Assembly: GCA_964489065.1 (NCBI GenBank)
Contig: CAZAXH010000001.1
Coordinates: forward strand, 85,106-149,105
Origin: an uncultured Planctomycetales bacterium
GTDB lineage: Bacteria; Omnitrophota; Gorgyraeia; Zapsychrales; JANLHA01
Direction: 5' to 3'
DNA length: 64,000 nt
The notes beneath the pieces are model-generated. The model worked only from the letters and a program-made list of their open reading frames with translations, did not search any database and was not told where the DNA came from. Shown here in pieces: positions 56,711 to 64,000 of this stretch; the first letter of the stretch is position 1; the number at the start of each line of letters is the position of its first letter. The position numbers were made by a program, and so were the translations under genes.

Positions 56711-58492
56711 TCACAGCGACTGCAAGCGCTCCAGCTCCCGTTTAACACCCTGAACTTCAGGGTGCGCGGTAAAGAACGCCCTATATTCTCTAATAATATT
56801 CTCCCGCAGATTCCCATTGCCGGGGTTAATCTCTTCAGCGTTCCGAAAGGCCGTCAATGCATCTTCAACCCGCCCTCTATCAAAATAAAGTTTCCCCAAA
56901 TAAAAAAAAGCGTTGAAATGCCCTGGTTCTGCTGCAACGGTCTGCTGTAAATATTGCTCAGCCAAACAGACTTGTCCGGAATAATAAAAAATTCTCCCCA
57001 AGCCAAATAACGCAGGGGCATGCCGGGGGCGGAGCTTTAATGCTTTCTGATAATACGTGACAGCCTGAACAACCCGCTGGGCACGAACCGCCGCCCTCCC
57101 CTCCTCTCCCGGGTTGGCCAAGCCCCCTTGATGATTAAACTGCACAGACTTTAAAACCAGGAACAAATCATTTTGCCCGACCAAAGCGTCCGCATACTTA
57201 CTAAGGACCAGTGCCTGAATTAACCCGGGTTGCCCCTCCCAATGCGTTTCCACCTGATGCCGCCACAGAGTTGTTCCGTCTTTCCAGACAACGACCTGTC
57301 TGCGGGTCTGCACCGACAAGAACAAAATCCCGCAGACGACCCCGGTCACAAGCAGGCCCTGATAAATCTTTTTTCCCCGGCTCAATTGGTACCCGAAGGA
57401 AATCACCCCAGCCGTCCAACAGCAAAATCCCAGGCTGGGTAAATACATAAACCGGTCAGCCACGACATGAGAATCAGCCCCGTAATCAAATCGGAAAAGA
57501 AAGAAAGCCGATGCCACATACCAAAAGAAAGCCAACAAAAACAGCCGGGACCGGCGCAACACAACCAACGCGGCAACCAGCAAAACAAAGAACAGCGCCC
57601 CCGAAAAAAGGGATGCGTTATGGATTGTCACCGGAAATGGGGGAGCATAGAAGACCACAAAAAAATCCGGATAAAAAAATTTCTTTAGATGAAACGTCAG
57701 GCACCAAATCCAGGTCAGCCAAGACTCCGGGAACGATACCGGGGCGCGCCGCATATGCAAGGCATACGTCACCCACACGATCGGGAACAACACGGCGCCG
57801 CATATAAATTTCTCCAGCCAGGCATACACAGTGAATCTTCTTTCAAAATACCAATCAAGGAGCAATAAAATAAACGGCAAACTTAACGCCATCGGCTTGG
57901 ACAAAACGCTTAAAAAGCCGCCAACAAGCGCTAACGCCCACCAAATCCGGGCGCGGGGATGCACGCCGCGCTCTCCGCCTAAGGAAGGCCGGATCAACCC
58001 CGCCCGGGACAGATACGTCACATAGCAACAAACCGCCACAAGATAAAACATGGAATATAACACATCTTTACGTTCCGTCACCCAAGCGACCGACTCGACA
58101 TGCATCGGATGCACGCCAAAAATCAACCCCGCCAGCAGCCCGGCGGCCAGGGACAAGCCAAAGGCCCGGGCGAGCCAAACAACCAGAGCCACGTTCATAA
58201 GATGCAACAAGAGATTATGCCGATGAAACACAAAAGGATGAAATCCCCACCGGGCATGCTCCCAGGCGAAGGAAAGAAGTGATAAAGGAATATAGGTCTT
58301 ATTGACGGTCGTCGAAAACATTAACCGCACATGCGGCGCGTCCAAAGAACGTATAAACGGATTCTGCAGAAGATGCACATCATCGTCATAATTAACAAAT
58401 CCGTTTTGCAGGGTTGGGGCCAACGCCCAGGCGACCCAGAAAAGGACCAGGCAAAAACAAAGGGCATTTTTCTTGTTGAATGCTGGCACCAT
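56711..58492 (-). CDS. TMTC/PMT-2-like membrane protein with C-terminal TPR repeats (putative O-glycosyl/mannosyltransferase)
   Basis: 593 aa. N-terminus FVNYDDDVHLLQNPFIRS (DE-type loop motif), about 10 TM helices, C-terminal TPR-like AYYQKALKL...GLGRIFYYSGQ...AFFYLGKLYF repeats. Confidence 0.55.
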   Translation of the reverse strand: MVPAFNKKNALCFCLVLFWVAWALAPTLQNGFVNYDDDVHLLQNPFIRSLDAPHVRLMFSTTVNKTYIPLSLLSFAWEHARWGFHPFVFHRHNLLLHLMNVALVVWLARAFGLSLAAGLLAGLIFGVHPMHVESVAWVTERKDVLYSMFYLVAVCCYVTYLSRAGLIRPSLGGERGVHPRARIWWALALVGGFLSVLSKPMALSLPFILLLLDWYFERRFTVYAWLEKFICGAVLFPIVWVTYALHMRRAPVSFPESWLTWIWCLTFHLKKFFYPDFFVVFYAPPFPVTIHNASLFSGALFFVLLVAALVVLRRSRLFLLAFFWYVASAFFLFRFDYGADSHVVADRFMYLPSLGFCCWTAGVISFGYQLSRGKKIYQGLLVTGVVCGILFLSVQTRRQVVVWKDGTTLWRHQVETHWEGQPGLIQALVLSKYADALVGQNDLFLVLKSVQFNHQGGLANPGEEGRAAVRAQRVVQAVTYYQKALKLRPRHAPALFGLGRIFYYSGQVCLAEQYLQQTVAAEPGHFNAFFYLGKLYFDRGRVEDALTAFRNAEEINPGNGNLRENIIREYRAFFTAHPEVQGVKRELERLQSL

Positions 58493-58579
58493 ACCAGAAA
58501 GAATGAGGGCTTAAACAAAGACACGGGCCCGAAAGCCCGGGGGGAACACGCCGGGCATCGTCTCCGGCATGAAAAAGAA

Positions 58580-59119
58580 TTAAAATGTAATCACAGAGTA
58601 AACGGGAAATCCTTTTAATTTCCGGCGGCCTTTCAGAAATTCCAGTTCAACCAGAAACGCCATCCCAACGATCCGGGCTTTAAATCCTTTGACCAGTTTA
58701 GCGACGGCCTGGACCGTCCCCCCCGTCGCCAGAAGGTCGTCAACAATCAAAACACGGGCGTCTTTCTTCAGCCCATCCACATGCATCTCCAACGTGTCCG
58801 TGCCGTATTCCAGGGAATATGTCACGCTTTTCGTTCTATACGGCAATTTGCCTTTCTTGCGCACGGGGACAAAAGCCGCTCCCAGTTTATAGGCCAGCAC
58901 CGACCCAAAAATAAACCCCCGGGACTCAATCGCGACCACCGCGTCAATTTCTTTGTCCTTGTATTCTTTGGCGAGGATGTCCATAGATTGCTTAAACGCA
59001 CGGGGATCCTGTAATAAGGTAGTGATATCTTTAAATAGGATTCCCGGTTTCGGGAAGTCCGGAACATCCCGTATGGTGGCGGCGAGCCTCTGGGACAGCG
59101 TGTTTGTCGTATTCATCAT
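58580..59119 (-). CDS. apt: Adenine phosphoribosyltransferase
   Basis: 179 aa. PDFPKPGILFKDIT and the PRPP-binding motif VLIVDDLLATGGT. Confidence 0.9.
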   Translation of the reverse strand: MMNTTNTLSQRLAATIRDVPDFPKPGILFKDITTLLQDPRAFKQSMDILAKEYKDKEIDAVVAIESRGFIFGSVLAYKLGAAFVPVRKKGKLPYRTKSVTYSLEYGTDTLEMHVDGLKKDARVLIVDDLLATGGTVQAVAKLVKGFKARIVGMAFLVELEFLKGRRKLKGFPVYSVITF

Positions 59120-59143
59120 TCTCCCTCTCCAGATAAATGGATA

Positions 59144-59220
59144 AAATCAAAAGTATGAACCCCAAGCAAGCCCTGGACTCAATTAACCGCAACAAGCCGC
59201 GGGGTATGAAACCAACGCCG
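59144..59220 (+). repeat. Intergenic repeat family, copy D (5' module only), 25-35 nt upstream of the apt start codon
   Basis: AAATCAAAAGtatgaaCCCCaagcaagcCCTGGACTCAATTAACCGCaacaagccgcgggg. Matches the 5' modules of copies B and C. Confidence 0.8.
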
Positions 59221-59224
59221 AGCG

Positions 59225-60103
59225 TCAAGATGCCGGTTCCCCGGCGTCCTGGCAGGCCTTGGCGGCCGACTTTCTTTTTATAAGCCGGGTCGGCAGTGTC
59301 ATTTTCACCGGCAATTGCGCTTTACCACAACTCACCAGGAACAACTGCTCGACGCCCAGCCGTCCCATTTCCACAAGAGGCTGAAAGACCGTGGTGAGCG
59401 GGACGGAACTCACCGAAGCCAGAGGGCTGTCATCAAACCCAACTACAGAAATGTCTTCCGGAACCCGCAGGTTCAATTGCCGGGCGACATGGATCGCCTC
59501 CAGCGCCATAACGTCAGACGCCGCGAAAATAGCCGTCGGCCGTTCTTTCAATTTAAGCAGTTTCCGGGCGGCCTCCCGCGCCGGAGTGCGGAGAAAATCT
59601 CCGTGCGTAATAAAATGTTTCGGGACAGAAACATTTTCAGCAGACAGGGCGTCTTCAAACCCCTGAAGCCGCTTCTCTCCGGCTTGGGTTGTCTGATCAC
59701 CGGCGATGGTCGCGATGCGGGTGTGCCCCAGCCCCCGCAGGTATTTCACAATCTCAAATGAAGCCTTGTAATTATCAACCGCAATACAGTTGATCGGTTC
59801 CTGCAGGGCGTTGTTCAGCACAAAGGTCGGGATCCCCCGGCAAATCGTTTTCTTGACGACATGGACGTCATTATCAATATCCGCGAAAATAACACCCTCA
59901 ATATAGTTGCGGTCCAGCAAAATCGAATCCAGCCATCCCCGGTGATCATAGCGGTCCGTGATATGAATCAGGACATCAATCTTCAACCGGCTGGCCGCGA
60001 GGCTGACGCCTTTAATGATCTCGCCGGCGTAAAAGGAATGAAAGAAATCCTCAAAACTCGGAATTGTCAGCACAAAAGTGTTTTTAATTTTTTTAGCTTT
60101 CAT
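59225..60103 (-). CDS. LacI/periplasmic-binding-protein-fold sugar-binding domain protein apparently lacking an N-terminal HTH
   Basis: Starting at the internal ATG (60103) avoids a 140-nt overlap with the sigma-factor gene. LacI-type ligand-binding fold segments (RIATIAGD..., AIFAASDVMALEAI, VVGFDDSPLA). No HTH-LacI motif upstream in frame. Confidence 0.45.
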   Translation of the reverse strand: MKAKKIKNTFVLTIPSFEDFFHSFYAGEIIKGVSLAASRLKIDVLIHITDRYDHRGWLDSILLDRNYIEGVIFADIDNDVHVVKKTICRGIPTFVLNNALQEPINCIAVDNYKASFEIVKYLRGLGHTRIATIAGDQTTQAGEKRLQGFEDALSAENVSVPKHFITHGDFLRTPAREAARKLLKLKERPTAIFAASDVMALEAIHVARQLNLRVPEDISVVGFDDSPLASVSSVPLTTVFQPLVEMGRLGVEQLFLVSCGKAQLPVKMTLPTRLIKRKSAAKACQDAGEPAS

Positions 60104-60914
60104 CCCGGCCCGCTTCCTGTTGCTTAATAAGCAATTGAATTTTTTTAATAGTGGCCGCCTCGATTTGCCGCACCCGTTCCCGGGAGACGCCCATTTTCTT
60201 GGCAATTTCAGCCAAAGTAAAAGTCTTGCCATCCTCCAGGCCGTAGCGCATCATCAAAATCTTTTTCTCCCGGTCGCTCAGCAGGCTCAGGTAGCTCTGC
60301 GCCCGCTCCCGGTTAAAGAAAACCTCCAACTGCTCATCCGGGCTTACCGAGCTCTGATCCTCAATAAGATCTTTCACCTGGCTGTCTCCGTCACTGCCGA
60401 TAGGCGCATCAAGGCTGGACATTTTGGCAATCGCCCGTTCCAACTCCCGGACTTTCTCAACCGTGATTTGGAGCTTCCGGGCAACCTCGCTGATGCGGGG
60501 CTTCCTCCTTAATTTATGCGTCAGGGCCTCCACCGCCTTTTTGTATTTCAGTATTTCTTCGTTCATGTAAACCGGAACCCGGATCATTTTGCCCTGGTCA
60601 ATGATCGCGCGGGATATCCCCTGTTTGATCCACCAGGCGGAATAGGTGGAAAACCGGAACCCCTTTTCCGGGTCGAATTTCTCGATACTCTTCATCAACC
60701 CGATATTCCCTTCCTCTATTAAATCGCTTAAAGGAACGCCTAAATTCATATACCGTTTGGCAATACTGATGACCAGCCTCAGGTTCGAGCGGATCATTCT
60801 GTTTCGGGCTTCCTGATCGCCGTCTTTGGCTTTCCGGGCCAGATCAACTTCTTCTTGGGGAGTCAATAAAGGAATTTTACGGACATCTTTGAGGTAGGCC
60901 TTAATGGGATCCAT
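60093..60914 (-). CDS. Sigma-70 family RNA polymerase sigma factor (compact, regions 2-4)
   Basis: 273 aa. Region 2 DLIEEGNIGLMKSIEKFDPEKGFRFSTYSAWWIKQ and region 4 TLAEIAKKMGVSRERVRQIEAATIKKI. Confidence 0.8.
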   Translation of the reverse strand: MDPIKAYLKDVRKIPLLTPQEEVDLARKAKDGDQEARNRMIRSNLRLVISIAKRYMNLGVPLSDLIEEGNIGLMKSIEKFDPEKGFRFSTYSAWWIKQGISRAIIDQGKMIRVPVYMNEEILKYKKAVEALTHKLRRKPRISEVARKLQITVEKVRELERAIAKMSSLDAPIGSDGDSQVKDLIEDQSSVSPDEQLEVFFNRERAQSYLSLLSDREKKILMMRYGLEDGKTFTLAEIAKKMGVSRERVRQIEAATIKKIQLLIKQQEAGRDES

Positions 60915-61034
60915 GAAGCTCCTTTAATTACAATAATAATTTGTTGCAAAAAAACATTATCATTTAAGAAAGGACAGATAGGAGCGGGACCAAAACTCTC
61001 CCGCTCCTATCTGCTTTTCCTCACTTATATGATA

Positions 61035-63824
61035 TTAACGTGTTGTCTTTTTCTTGGCAACTTTTTTCTGAGCTTTCTTAGCGGGCTTTTTGCATTTACA
61101 CTCTCCGCATAAGGCCGCCTGCGCCGCCGCCAGCCTGGCAATAGGGACGCGGAACGGAGAACAACTCACGTAATTCATTCCGACCTTCTGGCAGAACGCG
61201 ATGGATTTCGGGTCGCCGCCATGTTCGCCACAGATACCAATCTTCAACTCCGGCCGAACCGACCGCCCCCGCTCCACACCGGTGGCGATAAGCTGCCCAA
61301 CCCCTTCTTCATCGATACTGCTAAACGGATCTTCCGGCAGGATGTCTGTTTCCAGGTAATCCGGCAGAAAACCGCCCACATCATCCCGGGAAAACCCGAA
61401 ACTCATCTGGGTCAGGTCGTTGGTCCCAAAAGAGAAGAATTCCGCAATTCCCGCGATCTTATCCGCGGTCAGGGCGGCCCGGGGGATTTCGATCATCGTT
61501 CCGAACATATATTTGACCTGCTTCATATTATACTTTTCGCAGACCTCCGCATGCACCCTCTGGACAATTTCTTTCTGGCTCTCAAGTTCCTTCACCGAAC
61601 ACACCACCGGCACCATGATTTCCGGAAAAACTTTCTTCCCTTCCTTGGCGCATTCCACGGACGCTTCGAGAATGGCCCGGATCTGCATCTCGGAAACCTC
61701 CGGATACGTGATCCCCAGACGGACACCACGGTGCCCCATCATAGGGTTGGATTCCCGCAAACCCGAAGCCCGTTTTTCCAGATCCTCCAGGGAAACGCCG
61801 AGGCTTTCCGCAAGTTGCTTAAAAGCTTCTTCATTATGCGGAACGAATTCGTGCAAAGGAGGATCCAGCAACCGGATCGTGACCGGGTACCCGTCCATCG
61901 CCGAGAGTGTCCCCTTAATGTCTTTCTTCATATAAGGGAACAGTTCATCCAAGGCTTTCCGGCGCTCTTCGACATCTTTAGATACGATCATTTTTCTGAG
62001 CTTAAACAACGGCTGCTCGGAATTCTGCCCATAAAACATATGTTCCGTCCGAAAGAGGCCGATTCCTTCCGCCCCAAAAGCGCGCGCCTTAGCCGCGTCA
62101 TCCGGAGTGTCAGCGTTAGTACGGATCTTCAAGGTGCGGATTTGATCGCAGACCTTAAGGAAATCATTTAACAGCTGATTTTCCGCGGCGGCGTCGATCA
62201 TCGGCAGTTGGCCTTCATAAACCTTGCCTTTGGTTCCATTGAGGGTGATCCAATCCCCTTCCCGCAGCGTCCTGGACCCGATTTTCATGAGTTTATTGCC
62301 AATATCCGTTTCGATTTCAGAACAGCCGACGATACAGCATTTTCCCCAGCCGCGCGCGACAAGAGCGGCGTGAGAAGTCATCCCGCCCCGTGCCGTCAGA
62401 ATGGCTTCTGCGGCCCGCATCCCTTCAACGTCCTCCGGATTGGTCTCTTCCCGGACAAGGATCACGCGTTTGCCGTTTTTGCGCCAGGCGACCGCGTCCT
62501 CGGCGGTAAAAACAATCTGCCCGGCCGCCCCGCCCGGGCCAGCCGGAAGGCCGGACCCCAGCAAGACCGCTGTTTTTTCTTTAGCCGGATCAATGATCGG
62601 GTGCAGCAGTTCATCCAGTTGGGCAGGGGTAACCCGGCTCACAGCCTCCTGCGGCCCTATCAGTTTTTCTTTAAGCATTTCCGTCGCCATCTTTAACGCA
62701 GCCGGACCGTTCCTTTTCCCCACCCGGCACTGCAGCATGTACAGGACTCCCCCTTCAATCGTGAATTCGATGTCCTGCATATCATGATAATGCTTTTCCA
62801 GCCGGTTACGGATATCCACCAGCTGTTTGTAAATATCCGGTGACCGCTGCTCAAGCGTTTCCAGATTCTTGTTATATTCGCTCTGGGAATACGTGTTGAT
62901 CGGGGCCGGAGTCCGGATGCCCGCCACGACGTCCTCCCCCTGGGCGTTGACGAGGAACTCCCCGTAAAAATTATTGTCCCCGTTGCCCGGGTTACGGGTG
63001 AAGGCGACCCCGGTCGCGGAGTCATCCCCCATGTTCCCGAACGCCATGCTCTGGACATTAACCGCCGTGCCCCATTCATGCGGGATCCCCTCGATAATAC
63101 GGTAGGAGATAGCCCGTTTCCCGTTCCACGAGGCGAAAACAGCGCCGATGCCGCCCCATAACTGATCCATGGCGTTCTCCGGGAATTCTTTCCCCAGGAC
63201 TTCCTTAATTTTGACTTTATAATCCGCGCAAATTTTCTTCAGAACTTCAGCGGTCAGGTCGGAATCATTCTTGATCCCCTGTTCTTTTTTATAGCGGTCC
63301 AAAATCTGCTCCAACTGGCGGCGGATGCCCTTGCCTTCCTCCGGCTCTATTCCGGCGGCCTTTTCCATAACCACGTCCGCGTACATGGTTAACAAACGGC
63401 GGTACGCGTCGTAAACAAAACGTTCATTCTTGGTTTTCGCGACCAGCCCCGGGATGGTTTTAGGCGTGAGCCCGACGTTAAGAACCGTTTCCATCATCCC
63501 CGGCATCGATTTCCTGGCGCCGGAACGGACAGACACCAAAAGCGGGTTCTTGGGGTCCCCGAATTTCTTGCCGGTCAGCTTTTCGACTTTCTGAAGAGCC
63601 GCGACGACCTCGGCTTTAAGTTCAGGCGGGTATTTTTTCTTGTTCGCGTAATAATACGTGCAGACTTCCGTAGTAATTGTGAACCCCGGCGGAACCGGAA
63701 GACGCAGGTCTTTGTGCCCGGCCATTTCCGCCAGGTTCGCCCCTTTACCACCCAAGAGGTTTTTCATTTCCGCTTTTCCGTCCGCTTTCCCTCCTCCGAA
63801 GGAATAGACATACTTTTTAGCCAT
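61035..63824 (-). CDS. ppdK: Pyruvate, phosphate dikinase
   Basis: 929 aa. N-terminal MAKKYVYSFGGGKADGKAEMKNLLGGKGANLAEM, catalytic His region (GGMTSHAALVARGWG), C-terminal PEP-utilizing TIM barrel. Confidence 0.95.
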   Translation of the reverse strand: MAKKYVYSFGGGKADGKAEMKNLLGGKGANLAEMAGHKDLRLPVPPGFTITTEVCTYYYANKKKYPPELKAEVVAALQKVEKLTGKKFGDPKNPLLVSVRSGARKSMPGMMETVLNVGLTPKTIPGLVAKTKNERFVYDAYRRLLTMYADVVMEKAAGIEPEEGKGIRRQLEQILDRYKKEQGIKNDSDLTAEVLKKICADYKVKIKEVLGKEFPENAMDQLWGGIGAVFASWNGKRAISYRIIEGIPHEWGTAVNVQSMAFGNMGDDSATGVAFTRNPGNGDNNFYGEFLVNAQGEDVVAGIRTPAPINTYSQSEYNKNLETLEQRSPDIYKQLVDIRNRLEKHYHDMQDIEFTIEGGVLYMLQCRVGKRNGPAALKMATEMLKEKLIGPQEAVSRVTPAQLDELLHPIIDPAKEKTAVLLGSGLPAGPGGAAGQIVFTAEDAVAWRKNGKRVILVREETNPEDVEGMRAAEAILTARGGMTSHAALVARGWGKCCIVGCSEIETDIGNKLMKIGSRTLREGDWITLNGTKGKVYEGQLPMIDAAAENQLLNDFLKVCDQIRTLKIRTNADTPDDAAKARAFGAEGIGLFRTEHMFYGQNSEQPLFKLRKMIVSKDVEERRKALDELFPYMKKDIKGTLSAMDGYPVTIRLLDPPLHEFVPHNEEAFKQLAESLGVSLEDLEKRASGLRESNPMMGHRGVRLGITYPEVSEMQIRAILEASVECAKEGKKVFPEIMVPVVCSVKELESQKEIVQRVHAEVCEKYNMKQVKYMFGTMIEIPRAALTADKIAGIAEFFSFGTNDLTQMSFGFSRDDVGGFLPDYLETDILPEDPFSSIDEEGVGQLIATGVERGRSVRPELKIGICGEHGGDPKSIAFCQKVGMNYVSCSPFRVPIARLAAAQAALCGECKCKKPAKKAQKKVAKKKTTR

Positions 63825-63873
63825 CGCTCATCAACCTTTCTTTTATAAGGGTTATACAGTTTTCAAAAGAATG

Positions 63874-64000
63874 TTACGCATTGAAATGACACAACAAATA
63901 CTCCCTCAGCCGGTCAACCGGCACCCGGTCCTGGGTCATCGTGTCACGGGAACGGACCGTCACCTGCCGATCCTCCAGCGACTGGACATCCACCGTGACG
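63874..64000 (-). CDS. C-terminal fragment of a class IIa aminoacyl-tRNA synthetase anticodon-binding domain (GlyRS/ProRS-like); gene begins beyond the window
   Basis: The reverse complement translates to ...VTVDVQSLEDRQVTVRSRDTMTQDRVPVDRLREYLLCHFNA*. The R.RDTM.Q.RV....L..YL pattern is typical of the C-terminus of these synthetases. Confidence 0.4.
   Translation of the reverse strand, partial: VTVDVQSLEDRQVTVRSRDTMTQDRVPVDRLREYLLCHFNA

Noticed and set aside
3800-59220. Whether the dispersed repeat copies form a CRISPR array or contain CRISPR-like spacers
   Set aside because: The copies are 20-35 kb apart, not regularly spaced. They are about 155 nt long with internal modular structure, and there are no cas genes. 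This is not a CRISPR architecture.
59158-59228. 65-aa minus-strand ORF 59031..59228 overlapping apt start and repeat copy D
   Set aside because: It falls on the conserved non-coding repeat module and overlaps the well-supported apt start. It is a likely artefact.

Overview
This 64 kb window comes from a GC-rich (about 55-60%) bacterium, almost certainly diderm: it carries an MlaFED lipid-transport operon and an outer-membrane beta-barrel porin ending in Phe. Nearly all genes are on the minus strand. Housekeeping content includes metH, metF, pnp-rpsO, ftsK, a rodZ-like gene, rimO, pgsA-pgpA, thpR, a cinA C-terminal domain, ppdK, apt, a sigma-70 factor, tRNA-Arg(CCT) and a partial class-II aaRS C-terminus at the 3' edge.

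Two glycan-biosynthesis neighbourhoods are present:
- 1 to 7.9 kb: a PseC/PseB-type UDP-sugar pathway with a B12-binding radical SAM enzyme, Fcl, a methyltransferase-GT2 fusion, an epimerase and a methyltransferase.
- 39.6 to 51.4 kb: a lipid-carrier-based glycosylation cluster with three GT-C-like polytopic membrane proteins, two DPM1-like GT2 enzymes, a UbiA-family prenyltransferase, an FAD oxidoreductase, an SDR epimerase and an SGNH hydrolase.

The most unusual items are:
- A modular intergenic repeat family of about 155-175 nt at four loci. Every copy has the same orientation and sits immediately 5' of a minus-strand gene. Two copies bracket a Flp-type pilin pair, one member of which is a 449-aa chimeric pilin with CxxCxPCCGDGxC repeats and a (Thr-Pro)n tail encoded by a hexanucleotide tandem repeat.
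- An EndoQ-like PHP nuclease translationally coupled (ATGA overlap) to a minimal 518-aa UvrD-like helicase.
- A ParA/MinD ATPase fused to an AMPK-beta-type glycogen-binding domain.
- A 575-bp non-coding region upstream of metH that contains a promoter- and terminator-bounded candidate small RNA.

No transposase, integrase, CRISPR array or rRNA was seen. All calls rest on motif recognition from the translated ORFs and the raw sequence; no database searches were run.
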